Assembly (NCBI GenBank): GCA_951406725.2
Contig: OX597835.1
Location: forward strand, 43,152,001-43,216,000
Direction: 5' to 3'
Origin: Octopus vulgaris
Lineage: Eukaryota
Length of the DNA stretch: 64,000 bases
Of this stretch, positions 41,346-54,941 are shown in pieces. Each line of letters begins with the position of its first letter. Position 1 is the first letter of the stretch. The notes under the pieces were generated by a model, which saw only the letters and a list, made by a program, of their open reading frames with translations, had not been told where the DNA came from and searched no databases. A program made the position numbers and the translations under genes.

Positions 41346-43610
41346 GATGTGATGTTAAGTGATTGTGATTTTGCCATCTCATACCTTGATGCCATTTTGA
41401 TAAAAAGCGAGTCTTGGGTGCAACTCATTGAACACATATGTTCAAGAGAATAAGAGAATATGAGCTAAAACTGACAGAAGAAAAATGCAAATTTTTGATG
41501 GAAAATATCAAATAATTGACAAAGGTGGATGCAGACCAGACCCACCAAGGGCGACAGCAATACGAAATATGCCGCCCCCCTGATGAATATGACAATGCTA
41601 CAAGCATTTCTAGGCTTGGCAAACTATTACCAAGTGTTTATCCCAAATATACATAAGGTAAAGGCACCACTTAATGAATCACTAAAAGAAAATGCCAAAT
41701 GGGTTTGGACAGAGAAATGCCAGAAAGCATTTAACAAGTAAAAAGTTGTGTTAACTTCAGACTTGTCTCTTATACATTTCAATCCAAAGTTAGAGATGAT
41801 ACTAGCTACAGATGCTAGTGAGTATGGGATAGGAGCTGTGCTCCTACACACGGATAATGATGGTAGGAGAAAGGCCATAGCTCACACATCAAGGACATTA
41901 TTGCTGGAGGAAAAGGGCCATAGCCAGATTGAAAAAGAAGCATTGGCTATTATATTTGGCATGAAAATGTTCTACAGGTTCATCACAGCAGACGTTTTGG
42001 GGTGCAAATGGACCATAGACCTCCAGTAATGATAGACAGATCCAAGGAAGGAATTCCAACACATATGGCAAACAGACTGCAGCAATAGGGTACCATTCTA
42101 TTGAACTATGATTATAGAAGGGAATATCTGCCTTCAAACCAGGGTTCTGCGGAATCTTAGGGTTCCGCCAGTACAGTCTAGGGGTTCCGCAAGAAGTTAC
42201 AAAACTGCTAAAATCGGCAGTAATTTTTAATTCTCCTGTGCAGATATGTGTGCATAAGACTATTAAATTATTGCACTGGGGTTCCTCGAGCCAGTGGAAT
42301 GTTTCCTTGGGGTTCCGCTCCAGCAAAAATGTTGAAAAGCACTGGTCTAGGTTAATTCCAAGAAATAAAAACTGCTGGAGGAGACCATAATAGCAGCACT
42401 AAGAACTGAAGCAGAAGCAAAATGATGTGGAACATTATGCATGAATGACCAGTAACTTTGGAAGAAATAGAAAGAAATGTGAGAGATGACAAATTTATTA
42501 ATGAGACGAAAAGAAATCTGTGGTCAACTAAAGGGATTAAAGAAGGGTCTGATGCAAAGAACCGCCAAGATGTGAGCATGTACTCGATATGTGATGGTGT
42601 ACTAATGGACGCTCAGAAGGTGGTCATACCACAGACATTACAGAAGGGAATACTAAAAAGTTTCAGGTGGGACACCCAGGTATCTCTGGAATGAAAGAGC
42701 TGATGCAAAGTTTCGTATACTGGCCAAGGAAGTTAAAAACCTGGTAAAAGACGGCAGAGAATGTGTGCTGGCAGTGAAACTACCTACTGCAAAATGTGAA
42801 CCTTGGCCGGAAGGAAAAAAAACTATGATCCTGATTACATATCAATTTTGCAGGCCCAGCAAATGGATATTATTACTTAATAGTAGTGGACAGCTACACA
42901 AAATGGCCTGAGGTCGCAAGGTGTAAATGACCAACCTCGAGCTGTTTGCAAGATTTGGTGTACCGAATATAATTGTCTCTGATAATGGAACACAGTCTGT
43001 ATCCTGTAAGTTTAAAAAATTCTGTGAGATGTTTACATTAGAACATAAAACTGAATCACCCTAGCACTGAATTGAAGGGCCAAATGGTTCATGGACACTT
43101 TTAAGAGAGCTTTAAAGAAGCTAATAAGGAAGCCACGGATGAGATTACGATCCAACAATTCTTGAGGGTGTACAGGGTAACTTTGAACCCAAATGCGCCA
43201 GAAGGAAGTTCCCCAGCAGAATTAATATTTGCCAGAAAGGTGATAAACTATTACCAGTGAAGAAAAAATATGTGCTAATAAAGACATGCCAAAATTCTTT
43301 AGAATTGATGATAAGGTATATGTAAGAATGTACAAAAATGGTAAGCAATCCTGGGAAGAAGGAGAAATTATAACACACATAGGAAGAATGATGTATGGTG
43401 TAAGAAGTAGAATGGAAAGGAGACATAGAAATCAGCTTAAGGAAAGAGTCATAGAAAAGGGACCAACAAGAGTAGAAATACCGAAGGATTGACTATAGGA
43501 CACTTTTCAGGTTCCAACACCATTACAAGAAGTCAAAACCACACGTACAAAGAAAAGGAAGAACACTAAATTCCTAAAAGTAGACTCTAAGAAGAAAAGA
43601 TATTGAGTAT
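41346..43610 (+). mobile_element. Decayed Ty3/Gypsy LTR retrotransposon pol (RT-RNaseH-IN)
   Basis: YLDA (YLDD-like), LQAFLGLANYY, ATDASEYGIGAVL, SQIEKEALAIIFG, IVVDSYTKWPEV, VSDNGTQ in Gypsy order. Many stops and frameshifts; hAT MITE inserted at 42132-42344; no LTRs recognised. Confidence 0.9.
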
Positions 43611-43813
43611 ATAAAAATAGAGGCATCAGCAAGGAATTCCATCATGTCTGGCAAGTGGATCACCAAACCATAATTCTTTGGATTTTGGTATATTTCCTGT
43701 AATCCAAAATTCTTTGGATTCTAGATTTCCTGTAATCCAAAATTCTTTGGATTGTATATTTCCTGTAAGATTACATGATAAAAATGTGTGCTGACAAAGC
43801 TCTTTCTCTAATT

Positions 43814-44073
43814 CTGTGGTTCTCAACCATTATTTTGCCCCTATGAACCCTTTTGATTTCTGTTTTACTCTACTGGAACCTTCATACCCATCCAATGTTC
43901 AAAAAAGAATCCTATTATATTCTCATAATTAAATATTAGGAACTGTATTCAAAAAATTGTTTAACTATTTTGTGTATTGTGGAAGTGTAGCTAATCTATT
44001 GCACATAAATTTTAACCGCAAAATCGTATATGGACCTCACAAGGGTCATGTGAGTCCCAGTTGAGAACCGTTG
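43814..44073. mobile_element. Old hAT-like MITE
   Basis: Ends CTGTGGTTCTCAAC / GTTGAGAACCGTTG; a related fragment lies at 21863-21960. Confidence 0.6.
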
Positions 44074-45436
44074 CTTTAACCTGTACTATCAACTCTGGTG
44101 CCCCCAAAATTCACTTTCGTCCCCACACACACTTCCTCTTATACACCAACACCTGTTTGCTATCACATCAAACAATACACCTGACCCCTATGCAAATAAT
44201 ATCATCTTTCCTTCTTCCTTAACCTTTGGCCCCACATACATGATCCATGTGTGATCTTGACACCTCAAGCCATGTTATTGAGAAACAGGGAACAAGTGAG
44301 AGTCAGCTATAAATTCAGCAAGTAGGTGTCCTTCGGGGTTCAGTGCCCAACCCCTTGCTGTTTATTACAGCCCTCTGGAAGACAGTGAGTTGGCAAAATC
44401 ATTAGCCCACAGGGCAAAATCTTTAGCCCACAGGTCAAAATGCATGGTTGCATTTCCACCAGCTCTCTCCATTCTGAGCCCAAATGAGGCAAGGGTCGAC
44501 TTTACCTGTTCTACTTTCAGGGTTGATGAAATAAGTACCAACTGAACTCTGGAGTCAAAGCAATCAACTTCCCCTTCCCTTTAAAATTGCCAAATTTAGA
44601 AAGAATTATTGCTCTCCAGAAGAGTTTAAGACTGGCCGTGCATCGGAACTCTTGTAATGTTGGTCACCAAGTTCTTCCTGCAGTTGAATCTGTTCATTTG
44701 TATAAAATCAGATTTACTCTCAGAGAATTAATTAATTAATTAACAGCAGTATTTATTAGTGTTTATTTTAGGAGTAGACTCTCGAGATTAAATTAATATT
44801 AGAAACAGAAAGAGGAAATTCAAATGAAAATATAATTAAGTCTATAATTACAAATAATTATGGAGAAATCAAATATTTTACTTTTCAATTTTTCTTTCCT
44901 GTTCTGTAGTTTTGTTGACTTTTATCGTTTGTTTGTTTCAGTCATTGGTCTGCAACCATTCTGGAGTACCTCCTTGAAGTGTTTTGTCAAATTGGGCCCA
45001 GGACTTCTTTCCCTTTTTCTCAAGACTGCAGTCCAATGATTGAAACAAGTAAAAGATAAAAGATGTATTGCATAATATTTACGGTAATAGTTTTTTGCTA
45101 AAAATAGGTATTACAAACTATTAATATGATTAATAGGTAAATATGATTAGTAGGTGAATAAGGAAAATCCCTATGTTATTTTAGCAAACAAATATGTGTC
45201 TGAGTAAAATAAATGAGTTGACCGGTAATTCCAGAGAAGCCTTGGGGGTTTATCTCCAGTTGTGTCCTATTTTGTTTCCTGTTCAGTTCCTATCTTTATG
45301 CCCAACCTTTCATTTATTGTAATAGGTTATTGCTAAAAATAGGTATTACAAGCTAGTAATTCGATTAGTAGGTGAATAAGGAGTGTCTCTGTATTATTTT
45401 GACAAGCGAATATGTATCTGAGTAAAATAAATTAGA

Positions 45437-45772
45437 CTAGCACTATGACCCGGCATATACAGCTGCATGCATGCGCACATACACACGAGTACTGTCCAAA
45501 TCTCTGACCAGTCACATACAGCTAGCTGGCATTCAATTGTCGTATCAAGTTTCGGGCATTTTGATTGGGTTTTGGATAGAAAATTCACAAAAAAGTAATT
45601 TCTATTGATTTTTTAATGGCTTTGCGGGGTAACTGGGGAAATGTAAAGATGTGCACGACCACCCTTGGACGGTTTTGAATGACCATAGAAAGTGCGAGCT
45701 CTCTAACTGAAAAATTGTGGATTTGTATAAAGGACACACACACAGACATTTTGCCATTTATATATAGAGAGA
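45437..45772 (-). mobile_element. Non-autonomous Helitron
   Basis: Minus strand A|TCTCTCTATATATAAATGGC...GCCGGGTCATAGTGCTAG|T: 5' TC, 3' CTAG, inserted between A and T. Confidence 0.7.
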
Positions 45773-46678
45773 TAAACAGATAGATTTACAAATACATTGA
45801 CAAATAGTCCACATATCGTAGCTGGTGTTGTCACATGTCCTAGCTTATCATGGCTAATTGTGATCATGTGGTACAGCCCTGCCTCCCTAGGGGGCCCATT
45901 ATAGATTTTTATTGAAATCCAATTCGCCTATAATTCAGTTGGATGTTAGGAACAAATAAACAACAAAATCAGATTGACCATGGAAAATTATTTCAATACA
46001 ACCAAATTTGAAAAATCTTGACATAATTTTAAAATCTCACAAAATATGACAGCAACAGGGAAGACTCTACAAATGTAGAAAGGCAGACAGTTATAGGACA
46101 TTACACACACACACACACACACAAATTTACAAGCATACACACAAGTAATCACAAGTTTAAAATGGTGTATAGTAGACATGTATGTATGCGTGTATATATA
46201 TATATGAAATGGTCAAAACTGAAATTCTTTTTTCCCCAAGATCATAAACTCCCCTTGGAGTAAGCATGCTGTCCAGCAGAGCAAAGAAAATTCTTTTCTT
46301 CTTCTTCCCTCTCCCTTCCCCTCTTTTTCTTTAGCACTCATTCCAAATACAAAAGCACACACACACACACACGCGCACACACACATGCTCTCTCTCTCTC
46401 TCACTTTCTCCTCATCCATCACCTTCTTGTACTGTCTTATATTCCTCCCCACCACTACAAACTCAATACCACTATAAAATGGTTAAAACTTTTCACACAG
46501 GAACTAAGTTTGATTTGAAAACCCCACTAGAATGGGAGAAGCGCTAATACATGATCTAAGTTATATGATATATAAAAAATGTAATATACAAATAAATATC
46601 TGTAAATATAAACCATCCGATTTTCTGAGTACCTCATTTCTTCTAATATAAAATACCTGTACATCATCTCCAAACCCT

Positions 46679-46739
<61 letters not shown>

Positions 46740-47200
46740 GTATGTATATATAAAAGGTAGGATGTGTGTGTGTGTGTGTACGTGAATGTAATTTATGCAC
46801 ATCAACAAATTAGCATGCATGTCGCTCCAATTTTAGGAGGACAATTGTCATGACCCTAGCTGTATTTTCGTCAAATTATTTTCCCCCGAGGCACCAGCGA
46901 ATAGCGGTAAAAATAAATTTTCGACCATAACTTAACAATTTTCTCAGTGAAGTAATTCACCATTGCTTATACAAACATGAGTTAAGTCCCCTTCAAGCGA
47001 CGGTGTAAAGGGAGGGAGGGAGAGGGAGAAAGAGAGAGAGATAACAGATTTTTTAAATTTCATCTTTTTACTGAGTGATTGACAGGCAAAAGCAGACAGA
47101 CAGGTGTTGTTATGTATGTATGTATGTGTGAATGGCTTCAGTCACACACATGAACATGCATGTGTACAAAACACATGTATGTAATGTGTGTGTGTTGCCC

Positions 47201-47239
<39 letters not shown>

Positions 47240-47245
<6 letters not shown>

Positions 47246-47345
47246 ATATAAAAGATATTCTCCGTTTCTCCACAACTAATTTCCAAATTAGCTGAATCCG
47301 TTGCTCTACTTATAGCGATATAAAGCTGGTCGTGCGTGAACATAG
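47240..47345 (-). pseudogene. Helitron RepHel (PIF1 helicase) C-terminal fragment
   Basis: FTHDQLYIAISRA matches the FxHGQLYVAxSR helicase motif VI; followed by TENIFY. Confidence 0.7.
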
Positions 47346-49339
47346 GAGAGAGTAGAGGTTACCAGACCAAAAGACCTACGTGTTGACTGTAGACACGCTC
47401 CTTCGCAAATGATCAGCTATTATTTTGTAAACAATGTTTCGAAACTGTTCATGTTTTCGAAAGGAGAGATCTGACTCTTTTCAACCATAACGTCTACCAC
47501 TTTTGATGTATTTTGTTCAAACTTGATGCCAGTATAAAAATAAGAACGTTCTCCTATTCTTAATAATATATTTTACTGACTATATTTTACATGCAGCGGC
47601 AATACACATAAGTTTGGAATGACAACAAGATTTCTTTTTAAGATATATACATTATTTATTTTACATATTTTACAATCATGCTTGATGTTGGAAGTTCGTA
47701 AGTGTTAGCATGTTTTTGTGTCTGTGTGTTCGTTAGGCGTAAAAAAGTACTGACCAGTGAAACGACGATGGGATTTGATTCACAGTTAATGTTGTTGGTA
47801 TCGGCTTGGCAACAGGTAATAACAGATGGCTTAAGGTAGTTCTTAGAAGAAACTAGAACCCAAGAACAGATAATTGATTTACCGTTTCAAGAGGTACAGC
47901 GTCAGACTTCCATATCAAGATATTGCGTGTCGCAGTTGAGATTAATTGAATCACTCGTTGTGTTTATCTTTCTCTTGACATGAATATACTTCCAGACATG
48001 TTTCTGTAGCCGTTTTCTTCGTGGCGAGAATTTCACCTAACCGCTATAGTTGAATCTGTAGTTGTCTCGTGTACAATTTAAATCTTCGATGTTTGTCGAT
48101 TGGTTCTTGCTTCTTCTTCATTATTTTCTGCTTGGTTATTTTTCTCTAGTTATAGATATCTTGTAACCGTTTTCTTCATGGTGATATTTCACATTAACAG
48201 TATGAGAGGTATCTGTAACATCTTGTATTAATGGTGGTCGCCTGCCTCGAAACTGGAACTTGGTCGAGTATTCTGTGTGGTCAGAGACTTAGTTCTTAAA
48301 AGAACTAAAAGCCTAAGACGAGCTGTGTGGTCAGAGGTTTAGCTCTGAGAAGAACTAAAAACCTAAGACGAATATTTTTCTGAGAAACCTTGTTTTATAA
48401 GCTTCACATGGCTCCCAATGAACTTCAGAAATGGAAAGCTGTGATTGGCTGCTTGGACTATGGCGCGAAAATAAGTCGAGACATTTTGCGCCAAGTTATA
48501 ACCAGCGGTGCGAGCGTAGTAGAGGCCAATGTGTCAGCCAATCGAATTAGTGTTTACAACAATGTTAAACTAGCCAAAGCTGTTTGTAATCTCGACCGAG
48601 GTCATTCTTAATACTCTTCTCAAACAGTGAAGATAGCAATGAGAGACAATATTGCTACACCAGCATTACTTAGGACTCATGGGACCTTTGAATGCTTTAA
48701 GTTCTCCAAAAACGTAAAAAAAAAAAAACAATCGATGAGTGGAAAAAATCAATAAACTGATTCCTTATGGGATTTCCCAATGAAATTGTCTGCAAAATTT
48801 GAGCCAAAAGTTTACCAATTTCAACGGATTTCACTCAAATTTGACGTCGATGTTACTTAGTTTGCTGTGAAATAAAGAGCTTGATTAGCTTAATAATCCT
48901 AACTTAATCCTGAGCAAAGCTGGGCTATACTGCTAGTATATATATAACATGTTCATCATCCTCAACATCATTTAACCTCCGCTTCCCATACTAGCATCTG
49001 GCAGAGTTTCTACAATCGCAGTTTCGATTCCCAGACTGGGCGTTGTGTGTGTTTATTGAGCGAAAACACCTAAAGCTCCACGAGGATCTGGCAGGAGGTG
49101 GTGGCGACCTCTGTTGTACTCTTTCGCTCCAACTTTCTCTCACTCTTTCTTCCTGTTTCTTGTCCCCGACTTCCTACACAACCACTGAGCCTGGATGCGC
49201 ATTCATCCATCCGTCAATGCTCTCGGTGTCGGGGGTTGACCTGCTTTCTCTTCTGCGGGTCTTATGAATAGCAAAGCACCACGATTTGGACTTCTCCCAC
49301 TAATGGGACGAAGACCGCTTCACTCAACAAACAAACAAG

Positions 49340-49450
49340 CAGCAGAAGCAATTCCACATGGAAATTGCTCAGGAAATGCTGGACTGTACAGACCATGGCC
49401 CAGACTTCATGAAGATTATCATCACTGGTGATAAGACACTGGTTTATGGT
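49340..49450 (+). pseudogene. Mariner transposase fragment
   Basis: QKQFHMEIAQEMLDC...DFMKIIITGDKTLVYG resembles the ITGDETWVY motif. Confidence 0.7.
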
Positions 49451-49549
49451 CTCTGCTCGATGCATTCAATCATCTTGCGTGAAAACGAAAATCAGACAAG
49501 CGTGCACTAAACGTCTCAATTCTAGGCGTAACAGCCAGGAACTGACTCG

Positions 49550-49960
49550 GGATCTTTTCGGTTTGAATGGCAGTTTTTTCTCGCGGTGTCATATGAAATT
49601 GTCATCCATAATTATGACCCTAGTATCGATCTATTGCATTTCAATCTGTTTTAGGGTTAGGGTGGGGGGAAGGGTATCTTTTTTTCTTCAGAAATGTAAA
49701 TAAACCCAATCTGTTTCTTAAACGAGGGACATATTCATACGGCACAGAATGTTTTTTACCTCAATAGACGTCAATGATTGGTTGAAATTACAGAAATTGA
49801 AGAAAAAAAACAACAAATATCTTACAAACTATAGAATTTTCTCAATTAAAGCCAAGAGAAAAAGATGTTTTATAAACACATTCTACCAGTATACGAAGTT
49901 TAAAAGTGTTTAGTTACTTAGAAATTATGTTAAAAACTGCCGTTCAAACCGAAAAGATCC
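49550..49960 (+). mobile_element. MITE with ~28-bp TIRs (GGATCTTTTCGGTTTGAA...)
   Basis: TIRs at both ends; inverted twin at 50994-51413; related partial copy from 63561. Confidence 0.88.
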
Positions 49961-50199
49961 TTAAAAAAAATAAAAAGGATGTATTGAGTAATGTAGTGCT
50001 AGATAGCCTAGGCCTAAAGTTATATTTCTCGGGGCTGGAATGCCCTTAACTTTAGGTATATTCCCCGCAGAACTTGGTTTGAATCTGAAAACAAAGCGTT
50101 TCGTTTTCCAAGGGAGACTACTCCTCAGAAATTAATAACTGTTACCTCCCTTAATATTTTAATTTATTTTTTTTAAACGTAAACCCAAAATTTCAAGGT

Positions 50200-50890
50200 C
50201 AGTGCTTTGGTCGATGCCATGGAGTTCAGTACTTGATTGGTACTTTATTTTTATCGACCCCAGAGAGATGAAAAGTAAGGTTGACCTCAGCGGAATTTGA
50301 ACTCAAAACGTAAACAAATATATCGCGTTAGCATTATTTTCAGATTCTTTATTTTATCAATCCTGAAAGTATTAAAAACAATGTTGGTCCCGGCACGATT
50401 CGATCCTCTGAATGTAGAGACCCGATAGAAATGCCGCAAAGCACTTTTCTGACACTCTAACGCTTCTACCAGTTCGCCGCTTTAATAAGGATTTCAAGCA
50501 TTGGCACAATGCCAGTAATATCGTTGGGGGGGGGGTAAGTCGATATGGTCGATTACTTCGATCTCAGTCTACTGCTATTTATTTTATCGAATCCAAAAGG
50601 ACAAAAGGCAAAGTCGACCTCTGCGGAATTTGAACTCAGAACGGTAAAGACGGACGAAATGCTGCTTAGCATTTTGTCCGGCGTGCTAACGATTCTGCCA
50701 GCTCGTCGCCTTGGTTACTACTTTAATTATAAACAGTTTGTGGTTTAGGCACGAAGCCAACAATTTAGATGGAGTGGAGGTGTGGTAGTCGATACTATCA
50801 CCCATTGATACTTGTTTTTATTGACTCCAAAAAGATGAAAGGCAAAATTAACATCAGCCTTTCATCCTTTCGGAGTTCCTAAAATATAGT
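50200..50890 (-). mobile_element. Cluster of Nin/Deu-domain-like SINE copies
   Basis: Repeated GATGAAAGGCAAAGTCGACCTCGGCGGAATTTGAACTCAG-like block. Head GGCGACGAGCTGGCAGAATCG at ~50710. Other copies at 860-1020 and 44380-44600(+). Domain name is from memory. Confidence 0.7.
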
Positions 50891-50993
50891 ATCTTATCGT
50901 AAGCTTATGGTAAACAGAACTCGTCGAAAAAGAAGGGGGAAATTTTTTTAAATGGGGGACTGTATACAGCCACAAATCAAAGGATCTTTTCAA

Positions 50994-51413
50994 GGATCTC
51001 TTCGGTTTGAACGGCAGTTTTTTAAAATAATTTCCACGTAACTAAACACTTTTAAACTTCGTATACTGGTAGAATGTGTTTATAAAACATCTTTTTCTCT
51101 TGGCTTTATTAAGAAAATTCTATAGTTTGTAAGATATTTGTTGTTGTTTTTTCTTCAATTTCTGCAATTTCAACCAATCAATGACGTCTATTGAGGTAAA
51201 AAAACATTCTGTGCCGTATGAATATGTCCCTCGTTTAAGAAACAGATTGGGTTTATTTACATTTCTGAAGGAAAAAAAGATATCCTTCCCCCCACCCCTA
51301 ACCCTCACCCTAAAACAGATTGAAATGCAATAGATCGATACTAGGGTCATAATTATGGATGACAATTTCATATGACACCGCTAGAAAAACTGCCGTTCAA
51401 ACCGAAAAGATAC
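50994..51413 (-). mobile_element. Second copy of the GGATCT-TIR MITE, inverted
   Basis: Reverse complement of 49550-49960; possible degenerate 9-bp TSD (Mutator-like). Confidence 0.85.
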
Positions 51414-51554
51414 TTTTTTTTAATTCTTCTAATGTTGTTCCAATTGATTTCAATTTTGATGTATTGATGTAGACTTGTTTGCAAATTATGAAAATATCGA
51501 TCCAAATGAAAATAATTTAATAGTTTTTAAAGTCTGCAAATTTTGGGTAATTTT

Positions 51555-51601
51555 AGCCAATCGAAAGCCACGGACATGTTGGTGCCTGTTTCCATAGTAA
51601 C
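51555..51601 (+). promoter_or_regulatory. Candidate promoter: CCAAT box plus RFX X-box
   Basis: AGCCAATC at 51555-51562 and GTTTCCATAGTAAC at 51588-51601, in non-repetitive, CpG-retaining DNA. Confidence 0.4.
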
Positions 51602-54554
51602 AAGCAAAGTTATAGTCTGCTTCACCGGTGGGTTTTTTCTTTTTTTTATTTTTTAGAAACGATTATTTTCGGTTGCTGTCCTGTCACTCGTTTTCATAAT
51701 TTTGCACAGTGTGTTTTCCTAAGTCAAGTAAAGAAAAACAACAATGAAAGCCAAAAAAGCACAGAACGCAGGATAGACAGGGGAACAGTAAAAAGAACCT
51801 GTAGGGACCTCGCTTCACCCTGTTTGAGATTCGAAACCAAATCCACCTGCTTGTTGCTTGTCAAAACAAGCGGGAAATCCTCCCCACACCAGATGATTGA
51901 TGAGGAAGCACTTGACCCCCTAGGACCTGTGTTGGTCAAGGAAAGGTCAGTCATTTCTTTAGGATTTGACCTACATTACTGACCGTAGTCCATATAACAC
52001 AGGACACTATCTATCTGTCTGTCTATCTGTCTGACTACCAATTTACCTATTTGTCTGTCCACCTATCTGTCTATCCAGGTAACTAGCAATCTTAAACCGT
52101 TCCACTTCATGACTTCATGACTCTTAAGCCTTCAAAAATTTTCGAGATTCTGTGAATTTTTGGAATTTTTGAAAATTTCCGGTATTTTCTTTTTTTGTTT
52201 TTTGCATTTACACCAACTTTTTCTGCGACATTATTTTGAAGTTTCACACTTTTTCATTTTCCCAATTTTGACTTTTTCCTCTCCTGCCAACCGAACTTCC
52301 CTGGTTTTTTCCACTTACACCATTTCACCCTCTCCCAACGGCCTCACCCTATTCTCTATACAAATACATATAAACAAGGGAGATAATTATAAATTTAAGC
52401 AACACATTCTTAAATAAGGAACTATTTATAGAATGACACCGGCTTCATGTCGAAATCATTAACGTAAGTCATTTATTTTCTCAATTTTGTTTTATGTCAT
52501 TCATTGTTAATTAGGTAAATAAATTGTCTTCATTTAATTAGAATAATTCTCTTAAGGGGTCTCCTCTTGGGAATCCAGTTAATGGAGTATTTAATTGAGG
52601 ATTTCCCAATTTTTAATGGTTTTTCTCTGTTGTCAACGTTTCTGGAAAATGTTTATAAAATATAATTAAATCGTTAATTAATACTAATTTCTTTGCTCTT
52701 CCTTAGGAATAAATTCAAAAAGCTATTTATGAAAGCGAATATATTGAGTTAAACGGATGAGATATCGATGAAGTTGGCTATTTTCGTTGAAGGAAGAAAA
52801 GTTTGGATGTTTTTGTCTTTTAAGATTTGAGGGAAAAAAGATGGAATTGTTTTGTGTTCTCCAAGAATCTCTCTTTTGAATCTTCGGTTGGATTCTTGCT
52901 CTGTAGAATTTGTGATACTCATGTGTTTTCATCTCGGGGGGAAAATTTATGGAATATGTGGATGCGTGGAGCTCGAAATTTCAGAGCAATTCGGCCGTTG
53001 TTTTAAATGGGGTTAGTGCAGGTTCGCATTCTCTCCTTGGAAAATTTTTCCGGATTCCTACGTTTTTAAATATCGGAAATTACGAATATACAAAAAAAAT
53101 TAAATTTTATTTCACACTACCCCCCCCCCCCGGCCCTTAATTTAAATTTTTTGATTTTGATTACTTTAAAGGGATCGCAGCGAATTGACGAACATGTGCA
53201 AATCGAAATTAAATCCAGGCAAAAACATGAAAAAGGGAAAAGAATTTGCGTTTTACTTGTGTTTGCCTTCAATAATCGTAAATAATAATTAAATGTAAAT
53301 TAAATATACACCAAATTATGAGGAACAAACATTAATGTTTAATAATTAATGTTATAAAGTTTAATAAGGGGCTCAAATTTCACTCACTTATCCAATTTTA
53401 AAATTTGAACTTTTCCATCCGTTTATTTATTTATCTGTCTATCTCTGTCCGTTTATTTATAAAATATATTTGTCAACTAAATGTGGTGATCCTATAGAAG
53501 ACGGAGTTAACTGATGTTTCTAGCTTTCTAATATTTTGAATTTTTTTAAATCACAGTTTAAAATACAGACAGTTCGAATATTTGGCTTGAATCCCAAATA
53601 GTCCATTAAATTTCATTCTTCGTTGCGGGTTTTTTTCCCGGGGATTTAAACAAAAAATTAAGCCAGAATTCCGTCTACACAAGTTGTAGAAATTGGCAAA
53701 TCTTTCTTTGTATGCTTACCTTTAAAAAGAAAAAAAATTTTTTAAAGCACGTTGGGTAAAAATCAGATTGTCACTGAATTAAAACAATCCAAATGTGAAG
53801 TTTTCAAAATTAATTAATTAACGTCTCTGTTCGAAATAAAACGGAAAAGACTTTTCTGTGACAATCTTATTTTTACCCAACGTGTTTTTTGTTGGGTTTT
53901 TTAGCACGGAATTTTGTCAGTGAACAGGTCGCGGTCTCAAAGGGACAAAAATATTTTGGCAAATTAAATTTAAATGTTGAAGTGAGTCTAACGGTTTTTG
54001 TGTGTTTCTTAAATGGCTTATAAACACCTTCCACGCTGCAATTGTTTTCGTTCCAGCGCACGATCTCAGATCAGGTCCCTTGCTATGCAAGTACATCTCC
54101 ATACAAAGAAAGATTCGCCAATTTCTTTCTGCAACTCGTGTAGGCGGAATTCTGGTTTAATTTTTTGGCTTAAATCCCTGCAGTGGGTGCGTCACCAATC
54201 CATTAAATGTGTTAATGAGGAGAAAACGTATTGGCAAACATCAATACCCATCAAAGTGGTAAAGACACGAAGAACATAAAGCACATCCCACGACCACCTG
54301 ATGATGTGCTAAAACCACTTTTAAATCACGCACACAAGAAATTGTACGATTATGCCAAAACCAAAAGGAAATTTGTTTTTTGTGATTTAAGGGGTATTTA
54401 GCTGTTATTTTAAATACAGTTCACGACCTCATACTGTCATTGTTGTTTTGTCACTGACAAATTGATGTTTTTTCAATATCTTTCTTCTCACAAACACATT
54501 TGTCTATTGCTGGAATTTTAGCCAAAAATTCGGTCTGTCCATATTTTAAACTCT

Positions 54555-54941
54555 TTACTATCTTTTACTTGTTTCAGTCATTTGACTGCGGCCATGCTGG
54601 AGCACCGCCTTTAATCGAGCAACTCGACCCCAGGACTTATTCTTTTGTAAGCCCAGTACTTATTCTATCAGTCTCTTTTGCTGAACTGCTAAGTAACAGG
54701 GACATAAACACACCAGCATCGGTTGTCAAGCAATGCTAGGGGACAAACACACACACGCATATATATACATATATATGACAGGCTTCTTTTCAGTTTCCGT
54801 CTACCAACTCCACTCACAAGGCTTTGATCGACCCGAGGCTATAGTAGAAGACACTTGCCCAAGGTGCCACGCTGTGGGACTGAACCCGGAACCATGTGGT
54901 TGGTAAACAAGCTACTTACCACGCAGCCACTCCTGTGCCTA
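54555..54941 (-). mobile_element. OK-like CORE SINE
   Basis: Same family sequence. Confidence 0.87.

Noticed and set aside
52420-52470. Additional hammerhead (GACA...TGTC-GAAA)
   Set aside because: The CUGANGA/UUGAAAA core is not recognisable, so it is too decayed to call.
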